Assembly: GCA_035476235.1 (NCBI GenBank)
Contig: DATILQ010000266.1
Span: 1-59,705, forward strand
Reading direction: 5' to 3'
Source of the DNA: Burkholderiales bacterium
GTDB lineage: Bacteria; Pseudomonadota; Gammaproteobacteria; Burkholderiales; SG8-39
DNA length: 59,705 bases
A program made the translations under genes and the position numbers. The notes beneath the pieces are model-generated. The model was not told the DNA's origin. It worked only from the letters and a program-made list of their open reading frames with translations, and did no database searches. The number at the start of each line of letters is the position of its first letter. Position 1 is the first letter of the stretch. Positions 36,690-45,012 of this stretch are shown one piece after another.

Positions 36690-37642
36690 AGATCGATCTC
36701 CATCCCGTCGTAGGCCGCCGAGACGCGCAGCGGCTGCGCGCCGCGGGTAAGCTCCTCGAGGCGACGCGTGTCCTTCAGCACGGCTTCGATCGCCGCGTCG
36801 CCGGAGCTGGGCTCGTGGTGGAACAGCACCAGGTGCTTGACGCCGGCCATCTGGCAGAGCTCGACCCCGACGATGTTGCTCGAATGGCCCCAGTCGGCCT
36901 TCACCGAGGCCACCTCGGCGAGCGAGTACATGGCGTCGAACACGACGACGTCGGCGTCCCGGAAGAAGGCGACGAAGGCCTCGGCCTCGCCGCGGTTCTC
37001 GAGCTTGTGCTCGGAGTCGGTGGAGTAGATCAGTGCTTTGCCGCCCCACTCGAACCGATAGCCGTAGGAATCTCCCGAATGACGCTGGATCTTGGGCGTC
37101 ACGCTCATGCCGCGCGCCACGTAGGTCTCGCCGGGCACGAGCTTCACGAACTCGATCTTCGCGGCGAGCTGGTCGAACGGCACCGGGAAACAGGGCGGCG
37201 CCTGCTGCAGCCGGAGCGCCTGCTCCAGGATATCGTGGCAGCCGTGGATGCGGATGGTCGTCCCCGGCACGTAGGCGGGTCCGAAGAAGGGAAAGCCCAT
37301 GATGTGGTCCCAGTGGACGTGCGACATGAACACGTTCACCGTCGCCGGCCGGCCGCCCTGTCGCGCCAGCACGTGAGCGCCGAAGGGCCGTGCCCCGCTG
37401 CCCATGTCGCACACGAAATATTCATTGCTGCCGGTCTCCAGCTCGACGCACGACGAGTGGCCGCCGAAGGTATGAGTGAGCGCGAACGGCAGCTCCCGCT
37501 GCGCAAAGGCGTAGGCCGCGCCGAACGACTCGAAACGCCGGCCGTCGGCCGCGACCAGGGCCTGGGCGAGCCTGTCCCGGACGTCGGCGGCGGTGAGCGC
37601 CACCGGCATTGAACCGCGCGTGCCCCAAAAGCGGACGCGCAT
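36686..37642 (-). CDS. MBL-fold metallo-hydrolase
   Basis: RFWGTRGS N-terminus, HVHWDH metal motif, later DSEH and H residues. 318 aa. Confidence 0.85.
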   Translation of the reverse strand: MRVRFWGTRGSMPVALTAADVRDRLAQALVAADGRRFESFGAAYAFAQRELPFALTHTFGGHSSCVELETGSNEYFVCDMGSGARPFGAHVLARQGGRPATVNVFMSHVHWDHIMGFPFFGPAYVPGTTIRIHGCHDILEQALRLQQAPPCFPVPFDQLAAKIEFVKLVPGETYVARGMSVTPKIQRHSGDSYGYRFEWGGKALIYSTDSEHKLENRGEAEAFVAFFRDADVVVFDAMYSLAEVASVKADWGHSSNIVGVELCQMAGVKHLVLFHHEPSSGDAAIEAVLKDTRRLEELTRGAQPLRVSAAYDGMEIDL

Positions 37643-37648
37643 GCCCGC

Positions 37649-38023
37649 TCAGCCGCGCTCGAAAGCTTCGACCGCCTCAGACGAAACCGAAGCGAGCGCC
37701 TCGCGCATCGTTGGGAAGACGTCGAAAACGAGGTTGAAGCGGCTGATCTGGAAAATTTCGCCGACCAGAGGCTGCAGGGAAGCGATCACCAGGCGGCCGC
37801 TGCGGCTGACGGCCTGCCTGGCGGCAAGCATCAGGCAGCGCAACCCGGCGCTCGACACATACTCGAGGCCGGACAGATCGAAGATCAGCGCCTGGCCCTC
37901 GCGCAGGCACGCGTCCAGGTGCGGAGCGAGGTCGTTCCTGAAGGCTTCGCAGTTGTCGTGGTCGAGACGTCCCACGGGCGCTACCACCCGGACTTTGGCA
38001 TAGTTTCGGTGCGCAAGCGCCAT
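37649..38023 (-). CDS. STAS-domain anti-sigma-factor-antagonist-like protein (RsbV/SpoIIAA type)
   Basis: 124 aa. FDLSGLEYVSSAGLRCL matches the phosphorylatable-serine loop (DLSGV.F.DSSGL). Confidence 0.85.
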   Translation of the reverse strand: MALAHRNYAKVRVVAPVGRLDHDNCEAFRNDLAPHLDACLREGQALIFDLSGLEYVSSAGLRCLMLAARQAVSRSGRLVIASLQPLVGEIFQISRFNLVFDVFPTMREALASVSSEAVEAFERG

Positions 38024-38050
38024 TGTTATGGTTCCGATCCGAACCGTATT

Positions 38051-38371
38051 TTAGTGGAGAACCTTCATGAAGACGGTTCGCGAAAGCAGTTTACTGCCTT
38101 CGCTCTCGGATACGGGTTCGACGCTGACGCAGTCCTTGTGCGGAGCAATCGCAAGGTACGCGGCCTGCCCTGCGACGACGCGCTGAGTAATCGCGGTCTC
38201 CCGCCAGCCTGACAAGGGGGAGTAACAGCGTATCGCGACGCGGTGCTCGCCGGCCGGCAGCTTGAGCCGCGTGTGCTGACCCGATCGGATCGCCGCGATG
38301 TCGTCCTGATTGACGTTGATGTAAAAACTGGTGTCATCGGCAATGAAGGCGCGAGGGCGGATGAGCGCTAT
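38051..38371 (-). pseudogene. DUF2846-like domain ORF with no usable start codon or signal peptide; possible remnant
   Basis: The C-terminal 106 aa of ORF 38051-38578 (IALIRPRAFIADDTSFYINVN...LKLPAGEHRVAIR...AGQAAYLAI...) look like DUF2846. Upstream, the frame overlaps the LON-domain gene with R/A-rich composition and has no ATG/GTG/TTG after that gene's stop. Confidence 0.4.
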
Positions 38372-38937
38372 CTCCCCAGGAGGTTGTTGAGGCGCTCCAG
38401 CCGCGCGCGGGCGTCGGTCAGCTCGAACAGCTCCTGCTTCGCCGAAAGGGGAAGCGGAAGGAGTTCGGCGAGACGGGCGCTCACCCAGGCGCTGGAATCG
38501 AACCGGTGCGGCGGCTCGAACAGCCCCTCGCCCTGCTGCGCGATCACGCGCTCGAGCAGACGCACGCAGGACTTGCACTGTTCCGGCACCGGCGCGTCGA
38601 TATCGTCGGGAAGCATTTCGATCGAGGCGCGCGCGAGGCCGCTGGGCTCGACTCGCCGGCCGACGATGCGAAAGCGCCGCTCGCCGCGGGCGATGATATG
38701 CAGCATGCCCAGTTGCGGCATGTCCCAGGCGGCGATACGGGCGAGACAGCCGATCTCCACCGGGGTCGCCGGCGCGCCGACTTCAGCGCCATCGCGGATC
38801 AGGCATACGCCGAAGGGCGTGTCGTCGCGCAGGCAGGCCGTGGCCATTTCCATGTAGCGCTGCTCGAAGATCCGCAACGGCAGGCGTCCGCCGGGAAACA
38901 GCACCGTGTTCAGGGGGAAAAGCGCGAACTCCTGCAT
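38368..38937 (-). CDS. Stand-alone LON N-terminal (substrate-binding) domain protein
   Basis: Starts at the ATG at 38937 (1-nt overlap with the rapZ stop). FPLNTVLFPGGRLPLRIFEQRY is the LON_substr_bdg signature. Confidence 0.85.
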   Translation of the reverse strand: MQEFALFPLNTVLFPGGRLPLRIFEQRYMEMATACLRDDTPFGVCLIRDGAEVGAPATPVEIGCLARIAAWDMPQLGMLHIIARGERRFRIVGRRVEPSGLARASIEMLPDDIDAPVPEQCKSCVRLLERVIAQQGEGLFEPPHRFDSSAWVSARLAELLPLPLSAKQELFELTDARARLERLNNLLGR

Positions 38938-39788
38938 TACGCCTGCGCGCCTTCGCGAGCCAGGCCGCGATGGCGCACCAGGACGCGCCACTGCACACGA
39001 AACGCCTCGGCGAGCCGCTCGGCGAGGTAGACGGAGCGGTGACGGCCGCCGGTGCAGCCGATGGCCACGGTAACGTAGCTGCGGTTCTCCCGGGCGATCT
39101 CCGGCAGCCAGCGCGCGAGCAGCGCCCGCACGTCCTCCAGCCAGCGCTGGACTGCGGCGTCGCGGCCCAGGTACTCGGCCACGGTGCTGTCGCGACCGGT
39201 CAGAGGGCGCAACTGCGGAGCGTAGTGCGGGTTGGGCAGCATGCGGCAGTCGAGCACCCAGTCGGCGTCGAGCGGAATGCCGTCGCGGTACGCGAACGAC
39301 TCGAAAAGCAGCGTGAGCGAGCCCGCGTCGAGAGCGAGCAGTTCCCTGATCCAGTTCTGCAGCACGCGCGGCTGCAGCTCGCTCGTATCGATGCGATGCG
39401 CGAGCGCCGCGACGCCGGCCAGCAGCGTGCGCTCGCGCCCGATCGCCTCGGATAGCGTCAGACCGGAGCCGGCGAGCGGATGACGGCGCCGTGTCTCGGA
39501 GAAGCGCCGCAGCAGCGTCGGAGAATTCGCCTCGAGGTACAGCACCCGGCCGTCGACGCCGCGGCTGCGCAGCTTGGCGATGTTCTCGGGCAGCGCGGCA
39601 ACAGCCGCGCTTCTTGCGTCGACGCTCACGGCGGCCCGCTCGTGGCCCGCCTCGGCCAGAAAGTCCACCACCTCGAGCAGCAGCGTCGCGGGCAGGTTGT
39701 CGACGCAGTAGTAGCCGCTGTCCTCGAGCACCTTGAGCGCAATGCTCTTGCCGGAGCCGGACAGCCCGCTCACCAGGACGAGCTGCAC
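38937..39788 (-). CDS. rapZ: RNase adapter protein RapZ
   Basis: MQLVLVSGLSGSGKSIALKVLEDSGYYCVDNLP and the C-terminal IGCTGGRHRSV. Context downstream of hprK. Confidence 0.95.
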   Translation of the reverse strand: MQLVLVSGLSGSGKSIALKVLEDSGYYCVDNLPATLLLEVVDFLAEAGHERAAVSVDARSAAVAALPENIAKLRSRGVDGRVLYLEANSPTLLRRFSETRRRHPLAGSGLTLSEAIGRERTLLAGVAALAHRIDTSELQPRVLQNWIRELLALDAGSLTLLFESFAYRDGIPLDADWVLDCRMLPNPHYAPQLRPLTGRDSTVAEYLGRDAAVQRWLEDVRALLARWLPEIARENRSYVTVAIGCTGGRHRSVYLAERLAEAFRVQWRVLVRHRGLAREGAQA

Positions 39789-40712
39789 CTACTTTTCGCC
39801 TTCGCTCTCGCTGCCGTCGAGCTCGCGTTTCTGTCGCGTCAGGAACTCGGCGGTCGAGTCGACGCCGCGCAGCTTGAGGATGTGGTTGCGCACCGCGGCC
39901 TCGACCAGCACGGCGAGGTTGCGGCCGGCGGCGACCGGGATGATGACCTTGCGCACCGTCACGCCGAGAATGTCCTCCCACAGGTCGGCAAGCGGCAGGC
40001 GCTCGCCGGGATCTCGCCCTTCGGGGCGGGGCTTCTCGAGATGCGCGATCAGCTTGAGCTTCATCTTCGGGCGCACCGCGGTCTCGCCGAAGATGGTGCG
40101 GATGTTGAGCAGCCCCAGGCCCCTCACCTCGAGAAAATCCCTCAGCATCGGCGGGCAGCGGCCGTCGAGCGTGTTGGCGGCGATGCGCGAGATCTCCACG
40201 ACGTCGTCGGCCACCAGGCCGTGCCCGCGGCTGATGAGCTCGAGGCCGAGCTCGCTCTTGCCCACGCCAGACTCGCCGGTGATCAGCACGCCAAGGCCGA
40301 GCACGTCCATGAAAACCCCGTGCCGCTCCGTGCTCTCGGCGAGCGCCTTGGCAAGGTAGCGCGCCAGCTTGTCGATCACGCGCGCGGCCGGCAGCGGCGA
40401 GGTAAAGAGCGGCGTGTGGGTCCTCGCCGCGGCTTCGAGCAGCTGCGGCGGCGGCGTGACGCCGTCGGCGATGATCACCGCTGCGGGCGCGAACTCGAAC
40501 AGCCGCTCGACGAATCCGGCAAGCGTGCCGGCCTCGTAGGCGCCGACGACCTGGATGCTGTTGGGGTGGGTAAGGTTAAGGTGGCCGATCAGCGAGGCGG
40601 CCCTGGCCGCCTCGCGCCGCACCGCGGTGCCGCCTTCGCGCCCGGCGATCCAGGCGAGCGACAACGCCTCGCGGTTGTCGTCATGCAGCCGCGCGACGTT
40701 GACCTGCAGCAT
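39789..40712 (-). CDS. hprK: HPr(Ser) kinase/phosphorylase
   Basis: GVLITGESGVGKSE P-loop and LVADDVVE signature. rpoN-ptsN-hprK context. Confidence 0.95.
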   Translation of the reverse strand: MLQVNVARLHDDNREALSLAWIAGREGGTAVRREAARAASLIGHLNLTHPNSIQVVGAYEAGTLAGFVERLFEFAPAAVIIADGVTPPPQLLEAAARTHTPLFTSPLPAARVIDKLARYLAKALAESTERHGVFMDVLGLGVLITGESGVGKSELGLELISRGHGLVADDVVEISRIAANTLDGRCPPMLRDFLEVRGLGLLNIRTIFGETAVRPKMKLKLIAHLEKPRPEGRDPGERLPLADLWEDILGVTVRKVIIPVAAGRNLAVLVEAAVRNHILKLRGVDSTAEFLTRQKRELDGSESEGEK

Positions 40713-41166
40713 CCGGTTGCCACGCCGTGATCAGCTGGTGAAGGGCGCGAGCGTCCGGCGCCCCGCTCATCGCCTCGCGCAGCGCTTTGTCGCTGAACAT
40801 CTGCGCGAGCTCGGAAAGGATCTGCAGGTGCTTCTCGGTCGCCTTTTCGGGAACCAGCAGCACGAATACCAGGCTGACGGGATTGCCGTCGGGGGCGTCG
40901 AAGGGCACCGGCTGCGCGGGGCGCAGGAACGCGCCCAGCGCCTCCTTCAGTCCCTTGATGCGGCCGTGGGGAATCGCTACCCCCTGGCCGAGCCCGGTCG
41001 AGCCGAGGCGCTCGCGCGCGAACAGGCTGTCGAAGACCAGGCTGCGGGCGAGGCCGTGATGGTTCTCGAACAGCAGGCCGGCCTGCTCGAACAGCCGCTT
41101 CTTGCTCGACACCTGCAGGTCGAGCACGATGTGGTCGGCGCGCAGAAGATTGGCGACGAGACTCAT
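40681..41166 (-). CDS. ptsN: PTS-Ntr EIIA (nitrogen regulatory IIA protein)
   Basis: GQGVAIPHGR phosphorylation-site histidine block. Located directly after rpoN. Confidence 0.9.
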   Translation of the reverse strand: MSLVANLLRADHIVLDLQVSSKKRLFEQAGLLFENHHGLARSLVFDSLFARERLGSTGLGQGVAIPHGRIKGLKEALGAFLRPAQPVPFDAPDGNPVSLVFVLLVPEKATEKHLQILSELAQMFSDKALREAMSGAPDARALHQLITAWQPDAAGQRRAAA

Positions 41167-41196
41167 TGGAGCGCGCGGATTATACGCGCTTCTCCC

Positions 41197-42600
41197 CTAT
41201 AGGGATTTTCTTTGATTGACCGGCGGGATCTGCAGCGCCTCACGGTATTTTGCAATCGTGCGGCGGGCCACCACGATGCCCTGCTCGCCGAGGATCTGGG
41301 AGATGCGCGCGTCCGAAAGCGGGGCTTTCGCGTCCTCGGCGGCCACCAGCTGCTTGATCAGCGCGCGGATCGCGGTCGAGGACGCGGCGCCGCCGGCCTC
41401 GGTGGCGACGTGGCTGCCAAAGAAATACTTGAGCTCGAAAGTGCCGCGCGGCGTGGCCATGTACTTCTGCGTGGTGACGCGCGAGATGGTGCTTTCATGC
41501 AGCCCGAGCGCCTGCGCGATCTCGCGCAGCACCAGCGGCCGCATCGCGACTTCGCCGTGCTCGAGGAAATGGCGCTGCTGCTCGACGATCGCCTGCGATA
41601 CGCGCAGGATGGTGTCGAAGCGCTGCTGCACGTTCTTGATCAGCCAGCGCGCCTCCTGCAGCTGGGAGGCGATGGCGGCGCCGCTGTTGCGTGCTCCCGC
41701 CGCGAGCTCGGCGTACAGGCGGTTGATGCGCAGGCGCGGCATGGCGTCGGGATTGAGGCTCGCGCGCCAGACGCCGCGCTGCTTGCGCACGATGACGTCG
41801 GGAATCACGTAGCGCGTCTCCACCTTGGCGTAGGCGGCGCCCGGACGGGGGTTGAGCGCCTGGATCAGGCGCTGCGCCGCGCGCAGCGCCTCCTCGCCGG
41901 CGCCGGTGATGCTCTTCAGGCGCGTGTAATCGCGGCTCGCCAGCAGCTCCAGATGCTTTTCCACGATGTCGAGCGCAAGGCGGCGCGCCGGCTCATCGGG
42001 CATGATGCGCAGCTGCAGCGCCAGGCACTCCCTGGGGGAGCGCGCGCCCACGCCGGCGGGCTCCAGGTTCTGCAGGTGCCTGAGCGCGATGCCGAGCTCC
42101 TCGAGATCGGCTTCGGCCTCGGCGGGCAGCAGCGCGGCGATCTCCTCGAGCGGCTGGGTCAGATAGCCGTCTTCGTCGACGGCGTCGATCAGCAGCTGGA
42201 CGAATACGCGGTCGCGATCGCCGAGGTTGGTGAGCGAAAGCTGGCCGCGCAGGTGGTCGCGCAGCGTCGGCGTGTCCGGCGCGGTAAAGCTGCGGTCGCC
42301 GTCTTCATCGTCATCCGGCCCGCGCCAGCTGGAGGCGATTTCCGCCGACCAGTCGGTGTCGGGAGCTGCGGGCTCGGCGCTGCCGCTCGCGCCCGGGCCG
42401 CCCGCCGGCGCGGGCGCGGCAGGCGCGGCCTCGGGCTCGCCTTCGGCATCCTCGCGCTCGAGCGCCGGGTTCTCCATCAGCATGCGGTCGATCTCCTGGT
42501 TGAGCTCGACCGTCGACAACTGCAGCAGGCGGATGGACTGCTGCAGCTGCGGCGTTAGCGTGAGGTGCTGCGACAACCGGAACTGCAGGGACGGCTTCAT
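41197..42600 (-). CDS. rpoN: RNA polymerase sigma-54 factor
   Basis: N-terminal Gln/Leu-rich region I ([11 protein letters not shown]) and a C-terminal RpoN box ([10 protein letters not shown]). Confidence 0.95.
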   Translation of the reverse strand: MKPSLQFRLSQHLTLTPQLQQSIRLLQLSTVELNQEIDRMLMENPALEREDAEGEPEAAPAAPAPAGGPGASGSAEPAAPDTDWSAEIASSWRGPDDDEDGDRSFTAPDTPTLRDHLRGQLSLTNLGDRDRVFVQLLIDAVDEDGYLTQPLEEIAALLPAEAEADLEELGIALRHLQNLEPAGVGARSPRECLALQLRIMPDEPARRLALDIVEKHLELLASRDYTRLKSITGAGEEALRAAQRLIQALNPRPGAAYAKVETRYVIPDVIVRKQRGVWRASLNPDAMPRLRINRLYAELAAGARNSGAAIASQLQEARWLIKNVQQRFDTILRVSQAIVEQQRHFLEHGEVAMRPLVLREIAQALGLHESTISRVTTQKYMATPRGTFELKYFFGSHVATEAGGAASSTAIRALIKQLVAAEDAKAPLSDARISQILGEQGIVVARRTIAKYREALQIPPVNQRKSL

Positions 42601-42638
42601 CGTGGGGAGTGTGCCGTCATGGCGTGAAGACAGCGAGG

Positions 42639-43385
42639 CTACATCCGGAAGTTCTCGCCGAGGTAAACACGGCGCACGCTGTCATTATAAACAATCTCCT
42701 CGGGATGCCCCGAGGCGAGCACCGCGCCTTCGTTGATGATGTAGGCGCGGTCGCAGATGCCCAGGGTCTCGCGCACGTTATGGTCGGTGATCAGGACGCC
42801 GATGCCGCGTTCCTTGAGGAACCTGATGATGCGCTGAATGTCGAGCACCGCGATCGGGTCGACGCCGGCGAACGGCTCGTCGAGCAGGATGAAAGCCGGC
42901 TTGGTGGCGAGGGCGCGCGCGATTTCGAGGCGGCGGCGCTCGCCGCCCGAGAGCGAGATCGCGGCGTGCTTGCGCAGATGCGCGATGTTGAGGTCCTTCA
43001 GCAGCTCGGCGAGGCGCGGCTCGATCTCGCCCGGCTGCAGTCCCTGCAGCTCGAGGATGGCCTGCACGTTTTCCTCCACCGTGAGGCGCCGGAACACCGA
43101 GTTCTCCTGCGGCAGATACGAGATGCCCAGCCGCGCGCGGCGGTGGATCGGCAGGTGCGTGAGCTCGGTGGTGTCGAGGTGGATGCTGCCGGCGTCGGCC
43201 GGTATCAGCCCGACGATCATGTAGAAGCAGGTCGTCTTGCCCGCGCCGTTGGGGCCGAGCAGCCCCACCACCTCGCCGCTGGAGACATCGAGCGAGACGT
43301 CCTGCACCACGGTGCGCGACTTGTAGCGCTTGCGCAGGCGCTGCGAGCGCAGCTGGCTCAGCCCGGTGCGCTCATTGGCCTTCAT
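42639..43385 (-). CDS. lptB: LPS export ABC transporter ATP-binding protein
   Basis: Starting at the ATG at 43385: [39 protein letters not shown] overlap with lptA. Confidence 0.95.
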   Translation of the reverse strand: MKANERTGLSQLRSQRLRKRYKSRTVVQDVSLDVSSGEVVGLLGPNGAGKTTCFYMIVGLIPADAGSIHLDTTELTHLPIHRRARLGISYLPQENSVFRRLTVEENVQAILELQGLQPGEIEPRLAELLKDLNIAHLRKHAAISLSGGERRRLEIARALATKPAFILLDEPFAGVDPIAVLDIQRIIRFLKERGIGVLITDHNVRETLGICDRAYIINEGAVLASGHPEEIVYNDSVRRVYLGENFRM

Positions 43386-43903
43386 TTTTTTTCCGCATCG
43401 GCCGGGCTGAGCTTCGGCTGGATCACGGCGCGCACGCGCCCGCCGCTCGACCCCTTGCCGGCGCTGACCGAGAAGAAATCGGAGCGCTGGTCGACCAGGA
43501 TGTAGTTGCCCGCGACCTCGTCGCCTTCGCGGTTGACGCGCGCGTTCTCGAACAGCTCGATCTTGCTGTTGCGGTCGTCGATCTCGATGCGCAGGGCCTC
43601 GCCGTCGACCCAGGCGCCGTCCCTGCCTTCCTTCGGGTCCTGGCGCTGCCGGAAACGCACCGGGTTGCCGGTGGCGGTCGAGGATTGATAACCCTCGGCA
43701 TCCTGGCGCACGACGATGCGCTCGGCGCGCACCAGGATGGTCCCCTTGGTGAGCACCACGTTGCCCTCGAAGATGTTCATGCGTCGCGTGTCGTCGGCGC
43801 TCAGGCGGTTCGCTTCGATCTGCGTCGGTTTGTCCCGGTCCGCCTTCTCGGCCCAGGCGACGCACGCCGCCGAAAGAATTGCCGCCAGCCAGATGCGCTT
43901 CAT
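43382..43903 (-). CDS. lptA: LPS transport periplasmic protein LptA
   Basis: Signal peptide and OstA-like beta-jellyroll repeats ([10 protein letters not shown]...). Positioned between lptC and lptB. Confidence 0.9.
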   Translation of the reverse strand: MKRIWLAAILSAACVAWAEKADRDKPTQIEANRLSADDTRRMNIFEGNVVLTKGTILVRAERIVVRQDAEGYQSSTATGNPVRFRQRQDPKEGRDGAWVDGEALRIEIDDRNSKIELFENARVNREGDEVAGNYILVDQRSDFFSVSAGKGSSGGRVRAVIQPKLSPADAEKK

Positions 43904-44469
43904 GGCCCCTTCTTCGGCTCGAAACGCCCCCGCACATCGGCGTTCAGCGTGAACTGGCGCGACCCGGTGTTGTACTCCATGCCGCGGCCGCTCAGCGAGC
44001 TGCGGTCCTCGACGATCGTGACCTCGCGGTCGGTGCGCACGAGAGAGCGGTCGCGCACGATGTGCAGGAAGCTGGTGCTCAATCGCGCTTCCGGGCGCTC
44101 GGCCATGGCTTCGCGCACCAGCACGACGTTGTCATAGAGAAAAACCTCCTCGCCGTCGCGCGACAACGCACCGCGCTCGGCGCTCAGCGTGATGCGCGGC
44201 TCGGCGGGCTTGGTCTGCACCATGCGCGGAGCCTGCAGCTCGGTCGAGTCGTCGTCGGGGTAATGTACCATCCGCGCCGCCGACATCACCGCCTCGGCGA
44301 CACCGTCGCGGTTGTACGTGGTGGTCAGGAAGTTCGACACCGTGTAGTCGGGGTCGTGGCGGCGCAGCGGCGCATGCGGCTCTTCCTCGCGCACCGCGCG
44401 CTCCAGGTAGAAGGTCAGCAGCGCGAGCGCCAGCATCAGCACGAGCGGGAACAGCCGCGTGCTCCTCAC
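43900..44469 (-). CDS. lptC: LPS export system protein LptC
   Basis: The GTG start overlaps the kdsC stop (GTGA). N-terminal membrane anchor. Assigned mainly by position in the kdsC-lptC-lptA order. Confidence 0.8.
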   Translation of the reverse strand: MRSTRLFPLVLMLALALLTFYLERAVREEEPHAPLRRHDPDYTVSNFLTTTYNRDGVAEAVMSAARMVHYPDDDSTELQAPRMVQTKPAEPRITLSAERGALSRDGEEVFLYDNVVLVREAMAERPEARLSTSFLHIVRDRSLVRTDREVTIVEDRSSLSGRGMEYNTGSRQFTLNADVRGRFEPKKGP

Positions 44470-45005
44470 TTCAGGTACTCCTGCAGCACGCGGTCCATGG
44501 TTCCCTGTGCGCGCATCAAGAACTCGCAGACCTCGCGCACCGCGCCGCGTCCCGCCGGCGCCGCGCATACATAGTGCGCCCGCTTGCGCACCTCCTCTGG
44601 CGATTCGACGGGGGCGCAGGCGAAGCCGCAGCGCGCGAGCACCGGAATGTCGACGAGGTCGTCGCCCATGTAGCCGGTCTGCTCCGGGGCGAGGCCCAGG
44701 CGCTCGATGAGCGAGCGATACGCGGCCAGCTTTTCGCCGATGCCCTGCAGCACGTGCTCGATGCCGAGCTCGAGCGCGCGCGCCGCCACGCCGCTCGAGG
44801 TGCGCCCGGAGAGAATCGCCGCCTGCACGCCGCTCTGCCGCAGCATCTGGACGCCGAGGCCGTCGACCGAATGGAAGCCCTTCAGCTCCTCGATTCCGCG
44901 CGCGCCGTACCAGAGCGTGCCGTCGGTCAGCACGCCGTCGACGTCGAGGATCATGAGGCGGATGCGCCGCGCCCGTTCCAGCGCGTCGGAGGCGGGATGA
45001 GGCAT
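44466..45005 (-). CDS. kdsC: 3-deoxy-D-manno-octulosonate 8-phosphate phosphatase
   Basis: HAD motif ILDVDGVLTDG and YMGDDLVD. Located after kdsD. Confidence 0.9.
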   Translation of the reverse strand: MPHPASDALERARRIRLMILDVDGVLTDGTLWYGARGIEELKGFHSVDGLGVQMLRQSGVQAAILSGRTSSGVAARALELGIEHVLQGIGEKLAAYRSLIERLGLAPEQTGYMGDDLVDIPVLARCGFACAPVESPEEVRKRAHYVCAAPAGRGAVREVCEFLMRAQGTMDRVLQEYLK

Positions 45006-45012
45006 GCCTGCT

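Noticed and set aside
36690-37412. N-terminal 240 codons of the 904-aa ORF, which would make CHASE2-PP2C a much larger protein
   Set aside because: This part overlaps the well-supported MBL-fold gene in another frame and is Arg/Gly/Ala-rich. The CHASE2 protein's natural N-terminus (basic stretch plus TM) begins right after the MBL stop.
38938-39981. Upstream part of the 537-aa ORF that contains the LON-N-domain gene
   Set aside because: Out of frame with rapZ and hprK, which it overlaps. The LON domain starts at the internal ATG at 38937, where family-like sequence begins.
39480-42558. Long plus-strand ORFs antisense to hprK, ptsN and rpoN (39480-40730, 41212-42558), and similar ones antisense to kdsD, GspF and the PilMN-like gene
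   Set aside because: All are mirror frames of strongly supported minus-strand genes and have biased composition.
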